DNA of 59,055 nucleotides. It comes from Alphaproteobacteria bacterium (GTDB taxonomy: Bacteria; Pseudomonadota; Alphaproteobacteria; 16-39-46; JAJRRM01). Within the stretch, counting starts at the first letter, position 1. Every line of letters begins with the position of its first letter. Location: NCBI GenBank assembly GCA_024279475.1, contig JAJRRM010000033.1, forward strand, positions 1 to 59,055, in the 5' to 3' direction. The notes under the pieces were generated by a model. That model saw only the letters and a program-made list of their open reading frames with translations, searched no databases and had not been told where the DNA came from. The position numbers and the translations under genes are program-made. Below are positions 19,522 to 29,642 of the stretch, in pieces.

Positions 19522-20895
19522 ATGGTTTTATTCCGTTATTTTAAAAACTTGGAGACCTTATTCTTGCATACCCCTGAACATGTTCCTATTCAAAATGGAA
19601 AACCTTCTGCATCACCTAAAATGCTTGGTTGGGCACCATGGTTAATGTGGTTTCTGGGTGCTATTTTGTACGGTTATCAGTTCATTTTGCGCGTCTCTCC
19701 TAGTGTTATGGTCTCTGATCTTATGCGTGATTTCTCCGTTGATGCTCAAAGTCTCGGTATTTTGTCTGCCTTTTATTATTATGCTTATTCAACATTTCAG
19801 CTGCCCTTGGGTATAATTTTAGATAAATATGGCCCTCGAAAAGTTCTTACAGCAGCCTGTTTTTTTATAGCAACTGGTGCCTATGTATTTTCTATCGCTG
19901 ATTCCCTTTATCTAGCACAATTTGGCAGATTTCTTATTGGAACAGGAGCCGCTGGTGTCTTTCTTGGAACCCTAAAGATTGTCGCTTTATGGTTTCCACA
20001 TCATATGTTTGCTATTCTCTCCAGTTTCACTGTCATGATGGGAACAATAGGGGCTATGAATGGTGGTGCCCCTTTGACTCTTCTTGTAGAAGATATAGGA
20101 TGGAGGCCAAGTATTCGTATCCTAAGCACTTTTGGAGTTGTTTTAGGCATCCTAATATGGACAATTGTACGTAATCGAAAGAAGCCTATAGATACATATG
20201 ATGAATCTGACCCAAAGCAAGAAGGTATGCTTTCAGGGTTAAAAAAAATTCTCTCCTGCAAGCAAATTTGGATTATTGCTGGCTATGGTGGTTGTACCTA
20301 TGTAGTTCTATCTTCTTTCTCAGATTTATGGTGTATTCCTTATCTTCAAGTAGCTTACAATATAGACAGAACCTTAGCTAGTGCCATTACTTCTAGCATC
20401 TATGTCGGGTTAGCTTTAGGTGGCCCAGTATTTGCTTTTATTTCAGAGAAATATCAAACACGTAGAGTACCTATGTACATCTCCGCTTTCTGTGTGCTCA
20501 TTTCTTTATCTCTAGTTCTTTACGTTAAAATTCCTATTTATATGCTTTTTGCCTTACTGTTTATTATAGGCTTTTTTGTTGGTGGAAAAATTCTTTGCTT
20601 CCCTGCTGCCTGTGAGATAAACTCTCCTTCAATAAGTGGTACGACTGTAGGATTCGTTAACATGCTCTGCATGCTAAGTGGCGTTTTATTTCAGCCTCTT
20701 CTAGGTATCCTTATTTCATCGCATTTTGATGGCACACTGAAAGATGGTATACCTTCCTACACAGCCTCTGATTACGTTTATGGACTAACAGTGGTCCCAA
20801 TTTGCTTGGTCATAGCTGTTATCTTAGGATTTTTCATGAAAGAAACTTATCCCCGTGGCCCTCACCCAGAGAGCATCATAGATCCTGAACTATAA
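19522..20895 (+). CDS. MFS transporter immediately downstream of tdk
   Basis: About 12 TM segments, GIILDKYGPRK motif A. Clearly paralogous to 15370-16647. Confidence 0.85.
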   Translation: MVLFRYFKNLETLFLHTPEHVPIQNGKPSASPKMLGWAPWLMWFLGAILYGYQFILRVSPSVMVSDLMRDFSVDAQSLGILSAFYYYAYSTFQLPLGIILDKYGPRKVLTAACFFIATGAYVFSIADSLYLAQFGRFLIGTGAAGVFLGTLKIVALWFPHHMFAILSSFTVMMGTIGAMNGGAPLTLLVEDIGWRPSIRILSTFGVVLGILIWTIVRNRKKPIDTYDESDPKQEGMLSGLKKILSCKQIWIIAGYGGCTYVVLSSFSDLWCIPYLQVAYNIDRTLASAITSSIYVGLALGGPVFAFISEKYQTRRVPMYISAFCVLISLSLVLYVKIPIYMLFALLFIIGFFVGGKILCFPAACEINSPSISGTTVGFVNMLCMLSGVLFQPLLGILISSHFDGTLKDGIPSYTASDYVYGLTVVPICLVIAVILGFFMKETYPRGPHPESIIDPEL

Positions 20896-20961
20896 TACTA
20901 CAAAAAAGATTATACCCCTTTTTTCCTATTTTTTTTTGTGTTATAGGTTGTTTCTGGCTTT

Positions 20962-21047
20962 GCGGGCGTGGTGGAATTGGTAGACACGCTAGGTTTAGGT
21001 CCTAGTGATCTTAGATCGTGGGGGTTCAAGTCCCTCCGCCCGCACCA
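20962..21047 (+). tRNA. tRNA-Leu (TAG), long variable arm, CCA encoded
   Basis: Acceptor GCGGGCG/CGCCCGC, anticodon stem CTAGG/CCTAG with loop TTTAGGT, variable arm TGATCTTAGATCGT, T-loop TTCAAGT. Confidence 0.9.
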
Positions 21048-21090
21048 TCCAATTTTTAGCTGAAAATAAATTTATAAATAAGGATAGCTT

Positions 21091-22467
21091 ATGGATATAA
21101 AAAAAGAAAAGACTAAAGGTTTAAATTTTATAATTGAAGCACATATCCCAAACAAAGACATAGAACCTATAATAGAGCAGCAGTTACTAGAAAAAGGGGA
21201 AACTGCAACTCTTACCGGTTTTAGAAAAGGTAAAGCTCCCCTTAATATTCTTCGTCAAAAATACGGAAACCAAGTTATGAATGCCGTGTTTGAAAAAACT
21301 ATCTCTACAGGCATTGATGCTTATATAAAGAAAAAAGATTTAAAAATTGCAGGCCACCCAGATATTGAGGTGCAATCTTACGATGAAAAAAAAGGCTTGG
21401 AAATAAAAATAGCATTTGAACTATTGCCAGAGCTGAATATCCCTAAATTTGACGCTATTAAACTAAATCGTCTTATTGTTAAAAATCCTGAAGATCGCCT
21501 GGACGATGCTCTTTTTGTGTTTTCTCGTCAGCACAAAACAGAAGAGCCCTTAAAAAAAGACCGAGCGGCAAAACTAAATGACGTAGCCATAATAGATTTT
21601 GAAGGCTTTGTAGATGGTAAATCTTTTGAAGGCGGAAAAGGAAAAGATCATCATCTCACGCTAGGTTCCTCACAATTTATTCCTGGATTTGAGGATCAAA
21701 TTGTAGGTAAGAAAAAAGGTGACTCTTTTGATGTTAATGTTTCTTTTCCTAAAGAATACCATGCACCAAATCTTGCTGGGAAAAAGTCTACTTTTAAAGT
21801 ACTCCTTAAAGATATTAAAGAAACAGTGGAAGCAAAAATTGATGATGCCCTGGCTAAAAAATCTGGGTTTGAAAATATTTCCAAGCTCAAAGATGCTATG
21901 AAAAAGCATTTGAAAACTGAGGCTAAAAATACAGAACACCGCTACTTGAAACGCCAGTTACTAACAAATATCTCTGATAACTTAAAAGCAGAAGTCCCTA
22001 CAAAGATGCTAGATAGTGAGATTCATGCTATTTGGAGCGACTATGAAAAAACACGTAAAACAGATAAAACTTTGGAAAAAATAACAGAAGAAGCATTCAA
22101 AAAAGAACATTCTCCTCTTGCTAAGCGTCGTATTTTGCTGGGTCTTGCTTTAGCTGAAATTGGAGACAAGCTAAAAGTTAAGCTTGATCCAGAAGATGTT
22201 CGTAATGAAGTTTTACGTTATGCTCAACAGTACCCTGGACAAGAAAAAAAAATATTCCAATCTATTACTTCTAACAAAGATGCTTTAATGAAATTCCAAG
22301 CACCCCTTTACGAAGATAAAGTTGTTGATGAAATTTTGAAAAAAGTAACGGTTACTGATAAGAATGTAGATATGAAGGGCCTTCTTCAAGCTATTGATAA
22401 ATTAGAAGAAGATGCTCTAAAAAACCTCGAAAAAGAAGAAAGAAAATCTAATAAAACTGCTTCTTAA
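21091..22467 (+). CDS. tig: Trigger factor
   Basis: Three-domain layout with an FKBP-type core (DFEGFVDGK.FEGGKG....L.LGS.QFIPGFEDQIVG). 458 aa. Confidence 0.9.
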   Translation: MDIKKEKTKGLNFIIEAHIPNKDIEPIIEQQLLEKGETATLTGFRKGKAPLNILRQKYGNQVMNAVFEKTISTGIDAYIKKKDLKIAGHPDIEVQSYDEKKGLEIKIAFELLPELNIPKFDAIKLNRLIVKNPEDRLDDALFVFSRQHKTEEPLKKDRAAKLNDVAIIDFEGFVDGKSFEGGKGKDHHLTLGSSQFIPGFEDQIVGKKKGDSFDVNVSFPKEYHAPNLAGKKSTFKVLLKDIKETVEAKIDDALAKKSGFENISKLKDAMKKHLKTEAKNTEHRYLKRQLLTNISDNLKAEVPTKMLDSEIHAIWSDYEKTRKTDKTLEKITEEAFKKEHSPLAKRRILLGLALAEIGDKLKVKLDPEDVRNEVLRYAQQYPGQEKKIFQSITSNKDALMKFQAPLYEDKVVDEILKKVTVTDKNVDMKGLLQAIDKLEEDALKNLEKEERKSNKTAS

Positions 22468-22502
22468 CCTCTATGTCAATCAAAAACAGCAGACAGATTT
22501 TT

Positions 22503-22545
22503 AACAGCACCTCCATCAGAAGTTGTAGGGGGGGGGGGAGCTGTT
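22503..22545 (+). terminator. Imperfect hairpin after tig using part of the G11 tract (weak terminator candidate)
   Basis: AACAGCACCTCC (22503-22514) pairs with GGGGG.AGCTGTT (22534-22545) with one A/A mismatch and one G-U pair, around a 19-nt loop. It is followed by GTTTC. The U-tract is poor. Confidence 0.25.
22528..22538. repeat. G11 homopolymer tract
   Basis: Eleven consecutive G counted directly, in an intergenic stretch of a very AT-rich window. Confidence 0.95.
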
Positions 22546-22695
22546 GTTTCAACAATATATTCCTCCTTTAGAAAAGGCTAAACTTTCTCTTTTATAAAAC
22601 AAAGCTAAATAAAAAATAGGGACATTGAAGCCAAAGGAGCTAAGAAAACCCTGAAGGTACTACACACACCCAAGATAATAGAGTTTGTAAAAGCT

Positions 22696-22708
22696 CCCCC
22701 AGGGGGGG
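22696..22708. repeat. C5-A-G7 near-palindrome
   Basis: CCCCCAGGGGGGG counted directly. AGCTCCCCC (22692-22700) is the exact reverse complement of GGGGGAGCT (22534-22542). Confidence 0.9.
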
Positions 22709-22875
22709 ACATACAGAGAGTATACTAGACAAATTTTAGGTACCCATGCAAGATACAGAGCTCTGCTTTATCAACCCTATTCAAAACTTTTTTACAGGGA
22801 TTAAATTTAGTACTAGCTATCATACGCAAGTATAAAAAATATGATTTTCTTCAGCATAATAGGAAATGTACTAAA

Positions 22876-22952
<77 letters not shown>

Positions 22953-23135
22953 AGAAGCCAGTTTTAGTTGAACTAGGGGTACAATCTTCCTAGATTATTG
23001 TCAAGTTCTTTTGATCAGAAAAAATACGTAAATTTTATTAAAAATATTTCAATCTAAAAATGGTGGTTTAAATCTGTTCAAAAAGATTTTTTTACGTATA
23101 CTCATATAGAAAATAAGAATACAATAGAAAACCAC

Positions 23136-23669
23136 ATGAGTAACAAAAAATCTACCCGTCGAGATTTTCTTATTATCACTACTTCTGCTGTTGGCACGGT
23201 TGGTGTAGGTGCTTTTATGTGGCCTTTTATTGACAGTATGAACCCTAGCAAAGATGTTTTAGCTGGAGCGACTACTGAGGTGCATCTAGCACCTATACAA
23301 CTAGGACAATCTATCACTGCTGTATGGCAAGGAAAACCTATCTTCATTCGCCATAGAACACCTGAAGAAATAAAATCAGCAAAAGACGTGCCTATATCAA
23401 ATTTAATTGATCCTCAAACAGATGCAGAACGCGTTATAAAACCACAGTGGCTCATTGTTGTAGGCATTTGTACGCACCTAGGCTGCATTCCAGCAGGACA
23501 AAAACCTGGAGAAAATCGTGGACCTTATAACGGATGGTTCTGCCCATGTCACGGTTCTGCATATGACACAGCTGGACGCATTAGAACGGGGCCTGCACCC
23601 AAAAACTTACTTGTCCCTCATTATACGTTTCTTGAAGACACAGTTATTAGAATAGGAAAAGAAGTTTAA
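23136..23669 (+). CDS. petA: Ubiquinol-cytochrome c reductase Rieske iron-sulfur subunit
   Basis: Twin-arginine signal TRRDFL. Rieske boxes CTHLGC and CPCHGS. Confidence 0.95.
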   Translation: MSNKKSTRRDFLIITTSAVGTVGVGAFMWPFIDSMNPSKDVLAGATTEVHLAPIQLGQSITAVWQGKPIFIRHRTPEEIKSAKDVPISNLIDPQTDAERVIKPQWLIVVGICTHLGCIPAGQKPGENRGPYNGWFCPCHGSAYDTAGRIRTGPAPKNLLVPHYTFLEDTVIRIGKEV

Positions 23670-25628
23670 ATGTCAAAAACTCCTAATTGGCAAAAATGGA
23701 TTGATCATCGACTCCCTATTTTTTCTTTTATCAAAAAAGATTTAAAGACTTATCCTACACCCAAAAACTTAAATTATTTATGGAATTTTGGATCCCTAGC
23801 AGGCCTAACTCTTGTTGTTATGATGCTTACAGGCATATTTCTTGCTATGCATTATGACCCAAGCGAACAATATGCCTTCCAAAGTATTGAGCATATCATG
23901 CGTGACGTAAACTATGGATGGCTTCTACGCTATATCCATATGAATGGTGCATCTATGTTCTTTATAATCATCTATATCCATATGCTTCGTGGTCTTTATT
24001 ATGGATCCTATAAAAACCCTAGAGAGCTTCTATGGATCCTCGGAGTCATCATTTATCTATTAATGATGCTCACAGCCTTTTTAGGCTATGTCCTTCCCTG
24101 GGGACAAATGAGTTACTGGGGTGCTACAGTTATAACTAGCATGTTCTCCGCTATTCCTCTTATTGGCGATACTATCGTTAGTTGGATATGGGGTGGATTT
24201 ACTGTAAGCAATCCCACACTCAACCGATTTTTTGTATTACATTATCTCTTTCCCTTCTTAATTGTAGGCTGTGTACTTTTACACCTTGTTGCTTTGCATG
24301 TACATAAATCAAATAACCCTGCTGGCATTGATCTACGCAAACAAGACATGTTACCTTTCCATCCATTCTACACAATTAAAGACCTTTTAGGTCTAGGTAT
24401 ATACATTATTGTCTTTGCTTTCTTTGTGTTTTTTGCACCAAATTTCTTTGGAGAGCCTATAAATTATGAGCCAGCAAATCCACTAGTAACTCCTGAACAT
24501 ATTGTACCAGAATGGTATTTTCTTCCATTCTACGCTATTTTGAGATCAGTTCCTGATAAGCTTGGAGGAGTCATCCTTATGCTTGGGGCTGTATTTATTT
24601 TATTTATCGTTCCATGGTTAGATACACATCCTGTACGCTCAGCTACCTATCGTCCAATTTATAAATGGGCTTTTTGGCTGCTCATAACAGATCTGTTCGT
24701 TCTTTGCTGGGTTGGGGCAAACCCACCCAAAGGCATATTCATCTTAATTGGGCAATTTGCAACAGCATTCTACTTTTTTTTCTTTCTAGTACTCATGCCT
24801 ATCTTGAGTAAGTTTGAAAACCCACTTTCTGTACCAAGGACACTGGATGATATAAAAAAAAGGAAGCTCCCTTTTTTTAGTATCATTTTTTATCTTATAC
24901 TTTTTACCTCTTTTTCAAGTATAGCCAATCATGAAACTCAACCTTCACTCCCAAAGCTTAACTGGAGCTTTGATGGACCTTTTGGCACCTTTGACAGAGC
25001 TCAGTTACAACGAGGATTTCAAGTCTATAAAGAGGTCTGCTCTGCTTGCCACTCTTTAGAAAATATATACTACCGCGACCTCTCAGCCCTAGGCTATTCA
25101 AAAAAAGAAATTAAAGCCTTTGCTCTAGAAACTACTGTTAAAGATGGACCGAATGATGAGGGCGAAATGTTTGATATTCCAGGCCGTCCTTCTGATAAGT
25201 TTTTTTTCCCCTACCTAAATGAAAATGCAGCTCGAGCAGCAAACAATGGTGCTTTTCCCCCTAACCTCTCTCTTATCGTAAAAGCACGTCTCTATGGCAC
25301 TGATTATGTGTATGGATTACTAACAGGCTATTGCAATGCTCCAAAGGGTATAGAAGTGCCAGAAGGGATGTCTTATAATACCTATTTTAGAGGGCATCTA
25401 CTTTCTATGCCTCCACCTCTTATAACAGGTGCCGTAACTTTTTCCGATGGGATGCCAGCAACAGTAGATCAGATGTCTAGAGATGTCGCTGCCTTCTTAA
25501 CATGGGCAGCAGAACCAGAAATGGAAGTACGCAAGCAAATGGGTATCAAGGTTATTATATTTACTATGATCCTCACTATACTTTTCTTTTTTGCTATGCG
25601 CCGCATTTGGGCTCGTATGAAAGAATAA
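23670..25628 (+). CDS. fbcH: Fused cytochrome b / cytochrome c1 polyprotein (FbcH-like)
   Basis: Residues 1 to about 390 are cytochrome b ([22 protein letters not shown]). An internal signal-like segment [24 protein letters not shown] follows. Then comes cytochrome c1 with heme motif CSACHS (25038-25052) and a C-terminal TM anchor. It is one uninterrupted frame. Confidence 0.9.
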   Translation: MSKTPNWQKWIDHRLPIFSFIKKDLKTYPTPKNLNYLWNFGSLAGLTLVVMMLTGIFLAMHYDPSEQYAFQSIEHIMRDVNYGWLLRYIHMNGASMFFIIIYIHMLRGLYYGSYKNPRELLWILGVIIYLLMMLTAFLGYVLPWGQMSYWGATVITSMFSAIPLIGDTIVSWIWGGFTVSNPTLNRFFVLHYLFPFLIVGCVLLHLVALHVHKSNNPAGIDLRKQDMLPFHPFYTIKDLLGLGIYIIVFAFFVFFAPNFFGEPINYEPANPLVTPEHIVPEWYFLPFYAILRSVPDKLGGVILMLGAVFILFIVPWLDTHPVRSATYRPIYKWAFWLLITDLFVLCWVGANPPKGIFILIGQFATAFYFFFFLVLMPILSKFENPLSVPRTLDDIKKRKLPFFSIIFYLILFTSFSSIANHETQPSLPKLNWSFDGPFGTFDRAQLQRGFQVYKEVCSACHSLENIYYRDLSALGYSKKEIKAFALETTVKDGPNDEGEMFDIPGRPSDKFFFPYLNENAARAANNGAFPPNLSLIVKARLYGTDYVYGLLTGYCNAPKGIEVPEGMSYNTYFRGHLLSMPPPLITGAVTFSDGMPATVDQMSRDVAAFLTWAAEPEMEVRKQMGIKVIIFTMILTILFFFAMRRIWARMKE

Positions 25629-25637
25629 ATAAAAAAT

Positions 25638-28298
25638 TTAAAAGCCTTCTATCCTCTCAAGAGCCTGCTGTATTTTAATAATTTTAGCTTTAACCTGATC
25701 ACGACGCCTAAGTTGTTCATCCACAATTTCCTTAGGAGCTCTTTCCATGAATTTTTTATTTTTTAATTTCGTTTTCAATTGTTTTAAATCCACTACTAAA
25801 CGTTCTATTTCTTTTCTCAGGCGATTTTTTTCCTTATCAATATCAATTATATCACCCAAAGAAATACCTATAGTTATGCTGCCTTGTACCAGCTGTATAC
25901 AACCAGCTGGTAATTCTTTGACAACATTAATTTTATCTAGCCGAGCAAGTTTAAAAACAAGTTCTTGATGCCGCTCTATCCACTTTTTATGCTGATCTGT
26001 TGCACCCAAAATATTTGCTGTGAGCATAGTTTTAGGTGCTATGTTACTTTCTGTACGTAGAGATCTTATTTCTGCTACCAAATCACTTATCCAATCTAAC
26101 TCCCGTGCCGCTTCATCAAAGTTAGCCTCCTTATCAAAGATAGGCCATGATTGTTTAGATAAAGAAAAAGAATTATCACTTTCAATATTCATAAATTGCA
26201 TAGACAAACTGTCCGTTACAAATGGCATCATAGGGTGAAGAAGTTTCAGAATATTAAAAAAACACCATGCCAGGCATTTACGTGTTTCTTCTTGCTCTTC
26301 AACACTAGACCCCTTAAGTATTGGCTTTGTAAACTCCACATACCAATCACAAAAAGTCCCCCTTACAAACTGGTATAAGTGGTGAGATGCTTCATTAAAT
26401 TTATATGTCTGCAAGGCTTCTGTTACCTCTACAGTTAAATCAGATAACTTATAAATAATCCATTGATTTACTGATAAATTTACCTGGTGCGGATTAAATA
26501 ATGGATCATAAGTACATTCATTCATCATTAAGTAACGTGAAATATTCCAAATCTTAGTAACAAAGTTACGAGATCCTTCCACACGTTTTTCCGCCAATTT
26601 AATATTTTTACCTTGAACAGAAAGCGAAGTAATAGTGTATCGTAGAGCATCCGCTCCATACTTTTCAATAAGCTCTAAAGGATTAATTACATTACCCTTA
26701 GACTTAGACATTTTCTCTCCCTTTTCATCCAAAACAAGGGGGTGCATATATACTGTAGAAAAGGGAATATCTTTCGTAAAATGCAATCCCATCATTATCA
26801 TTCTAGCTACCCAGAAAAAAACAAGATCAGTACCTGTCACCAAAACTTGTGTAGGATAATACTGTTTCAACTCTTTTGTATTCTCTGGCCATCCTAATGT
26901 TACAAACGGCCATAAAGAAGAAGAAAACCATGTATCTAAAACATCCGTGTCTCTTATTAAATCAAAATCTTTTTCCCCATAATACTTTTTAGCCTTAAAT
27001 ATAGCCTCTTTTTCTGAGGATGCTACAAAAATATGACCATCTGGACCATGCCATGCTGGTATCTGGTGCCCCCACCAAATTTGACGAGAAATACACCATG
27101 GCTCAATATTGCGTAGCCATTCAAAATATACCTCTGCCCACTGTTTTGGAACAAAAGATATGTCTCCTTTTTCTACAGCTTTTATAGCCGGATAAGAAAG
27201 TTTTTTAGCATCCACAAACCACTGATCTGTCATCCATGGTTCAATAATAACACCTGATCTATCTCCATATGGAACAGAGTGAACGATCGGTTCTTCTTTT
27301 TCTAAAAGCTCTAGTTCCTGCAAATCTTCTAAAATTTTTCTCCGTGAAGCAAATCTTTCTAAGCCTTGATAAATCTCTGGCACATTATCATTTAGATGTG
27401 CTGTAGAATCAAATATATTAAGTATATCAAGATTCTGACGCTTACCCACTTGGAAATCATTAAAATCATGAGCTGGTGTAATTTTTACAGCACCACTGCC
27501 CTTTTCAGGATCACAATGCTCATCAGCTATTATAGGAATTATCCTATTAGTAAGCGGCAACCTTAACCTTTTACCAATGAGATGTTTATACCTTTCATCA
27601 TCTTTATGTACTGCCACAGCCGTATCACCCAGCATTGTTTCTGGTCTTGTTGTTGCTACAGTAATAAAGGCACTTGGATCATCTTCTAGTGGATATTTAA
27701 TATACCAAAGAGTTCCTTTTTCTTCTCTTAACTCCACTTCTAAATCTGATACAGCTGTTTGAAATTTAACATCCCAATTTACTAGTCTTTTATCACGGTA
27801 AATAAGCCCCTTATCAAAGAGAGAAATAAAGCATTTGTTAACTGCTTTATTAAATTTTTCATCCATGGTAAAGCGTGAACGCTCCCAATTGGCTGAAGCG
27901 CCCAAACGTTTTAACTGTTCTGTAATTACCCCCCCTGATTCTTCTTTCCACGCCCATATGCGATCTAAAAAAGCTTCTCGACCTAAATCAGACTTTTTTA
28001 ACCCCTCTTGATCTAACTGACGCTCTACAACCATTTGTGTAGCAATACCAGCATGATCGACTCCTGGTTGCCATAAAACATCTCGACCTTGCATACGGTT
28101 AAAACGAATTAAAACATCTTGGAGAGTATATGTTAAAGCATGCCCCATATGAAGGGACCCTGTTATATTCGCTGGAGGCATCATCACACAAAACGGTACT
28201 TTTTTACCTTTTCCTGATTCTTTAAAGAAATTTTTTTCAGACCACTTTTTAGAGAGTTTTCTCTCTATTTCAGCAATATTATACGTTTTTTCCCGCAT
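25638..28298 (-). CDS. valS: Valine--tRNA ligase
   Basis: HIGH-type motif (GSLHMGHAL), KMSKS (EKMSKSKGN), C-terminal coiled coil. 886 aa. Confidence 0.95.
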   Translation of the reverse strand: MREKTYNIAEIERKLSKKWSEKNFFKESGKGKKVPFCVMMPPANITGSLHMGHALTYTLQDVLIRFNRMQGRDVLWQPGVDHAGIATQMVVERQLDQEGLKKSDLGREAFLDRIWAWKEESGGVITEQLKRLGASANWERSRFTMDEKFNKAVNKCFISLFDKGLIYRDKRLVNWDVKFQTAVSDLEVELREEKGTLWYIKYPLEDDPSAFITVATTRPETMLGDTAVAVHKDDERYKHLIGKRLRLPLTNRIIPIIADEHCDPEKGSGAVKITPAHDFNDFQVGKRQNLDILNIFDSTAHLNDNVPEIYQGLERFASRRKILEDLQELELLEKEEPIVHSVPYGDRSGVIIEPWMTDQWFVDAKKLSYPAIKAVEKGDISFVPKQWAEVYFEWLRNIEPWCISRQIWWGHQIPAWHGPDGHIFVASSEKEAIFKAKKYYGEKDFDLIRDTDVLDTWFSSSLWPFVTLGWPENTKELKQYYPTQVLVTGTDLVFFWVARMIMMGLHFTKDIPFSTVYMHPLVLDEKGEKMSKSKGNVINPLELIEKYGADALRYTITSLSVQGKNIKLAEKRVEGSRNFVTKIWNISRYLMMNECTYDPLFNPHQVNLSVNQWIIYKLSDLTVEVTEALQTYKFNEASHHLYQFVRGTFCDWYVEFTKPILKGSSVEEQEETRKCLAWCFFNILKLLHPMMPFVTDSLSMQFMNIESDNSFSLSKQSWPIFDKEANFDEAARELDWISDLVAEIRSLRTESNIAPKTMLTANILGATDQHKKWIERHQELVFKLARLDKINVVKELPAGCIQLVQGSITIGISLGDIIDIDKEKNRLRKEIERLVVDLKQLKTKLKNKKFMERAPKEIVDEQLRRRDQVKAKIIKIQQALERIEGF

Positions 28299-28343
28299 GA
28301 AGTTTCCTATAGGTCCTTTATGGCTTATCGCCTAATTATTCTA

Positions 28344-29642
28344 TTATTTCATCTGACGAATGATGTTCTTAATCTCTTTTTCTACTGTCTCTTGAACAAC
28401 ATTATTCAAATTTTTCTCTAGCCATTCTTTTATCATAGGACGAACAAAATCTGCAACGCTAATATTACTCAAGCTTTTTGTTACCTCTGGTTTTTTCTCT
28501 TTCTCAAGCGTTTCTATAAAATTATTTAAAATATTATTTTGAACTACATCAGATAATGAAGATTTTTCCTCATGAACTATTTGTGCCTGGTCTACTGTAG
28601 AGGACTTCTTATTTTGAATGTTTTTCAATGATTTTTTTATATTTTCAATAAGTGTATCTTTCTCTATTTGTTTCTGATTTGATGAAACAGTACTAGAAAG
28701 ATTCTTGTTTTCTGCAAGTGAAGATATTTGAGGGGAATCAACTAACCGCGATGTTGTTCGTTGCTTTTTTTGTTTTTTAAACACAGGATTCAACTCAACT
28801 TTTCTACTCGGCTGGCCTTGCTTTTCTGAGGGAGTAGAGACGGTTGATCTATTAAGAAAGGGTTTAGTAACTACTGCTGAGGAGACTACCATTTTATCAT
28901 GTTCTTTCCTTTTCTGAGTCTCCTTCATCTCTTTTTTTTGTGCTGTTTTTATAGCTTGTGTATGCCCTTGTTGTTTTTTCTCTGGTAATTCTTTATTAGC
29001 TATTTCTTTCTGACGTTTACGCTCTTCTAATTGATTTAGAAGGTATTTTAAGTCAGCATAGTCTCCCGATAGCCTGTCTATATTATTTAAATCTACTTTC
29101 TTAGCTTTTTGTTGAGAATGCTGTGCTGGACGGCTTTCTACTAGAATTTTTGAGTCAATTGATCTCTTCTCATTTTTTTTCATTTTCCCAAAAGGTATTT
29201 TTCCCTCTTTTCGCAAATCAGTAAGCTCTAGAATTTCATCATTGTTATTTTCCTCCGAATCACAGTAATTTATTGAACCAATTTTTTTATTATCAATATT
29301 TTTCTCTAAATATACTCTTTGCGTTAACTCTATTGGTTTTTCACTAGAATCATCCATTCCTTCATCTTTTTCCGCCAAATTATGAGTATGAGATATATAC
29401 TCATTAGCTCCTTCTAGAATTTCTGTTTTAGCCGTTTTATCCAAAAGTTTTTCTTTCTGCTCTATCCTTGTTTCTAGAGGAGATTTTTTTTTTCGGGGAC
29501 TCTGAGAATTTTTTTTTATAAATATAGGCTTCTTAGAGGATGAATTTTTAACTAAAATGCTATTTTTAGCTTTATCTTTTTGATCTCCATTTTTTTCTTC
29601 TTTTATAATAATAGCCTCAATAGCTGCAATAATTTTATCCAT
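28344..29642 (-). CDS. PopZ-like (DUF2497) protein with a greatly expanded low-complexity linker
   Basis: The N-terminal helix MDKIIAAIEAII and the C-terminal FVRPMIKEWLEKNLNNVVQETVEKEIKNI match the two conserved ends of PopZ/DUF2497 as I remember them. The position between tolC and valS fits. The middle, about 350 aa, is K/E/Q/S/N-rich. The ORF track starts 15 codons earlier, at 29687. Confidence 0.65.
   Translation of the reverse strand: MDKIIAAIEAIIIKEEKNGDQKDKAKNSILVKNSSSKKPIFIKKNSQSPRKKKSPLETRIEQKEKLLDKTAKTEILEGANEYISHTHNLAEKDEGMDDSSEKPIELTQRVYLEKNIDNKKIGSINYCDSEENNNDEILELTDLRKEGKIPFGKMKKNEKRSIDSKILVESRPAQHSQQKAKKVDLNNIDRLSGDYADLKYLLNQLEERKRQKEIANKELPEKKQQGHTQAIKTAQKKEMKETQKRKEHDKMVVSSAVVTKPFLNRSTVSTPSEKQGQPSRKVELNPVFKKQKKQRTTSRLVDSPQISSLAENKNLSSTVSSNQKQIEKDTLIENIKKSLKNIQNKKSSTVDQAQIVHEEKSSLSDVVQNNILNNFIETLEKEKKPEVTKSLSNISVADFVRPMIKEWLEKNLNNVVQETVEKEIKNIIRQMK

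Noticed and set aside
23024-23099. 9-bp inverted repeat ATACGTAAA ... TTTACGTAT upstream of petA
   Set aside because: It may be a 5' UTR stem or paired operator sites. However, the arms are 58 nt apart, AT-rich and centred on the self-complementary TACGTA, so chance occurrence is plausible and no known regulator motif fits.
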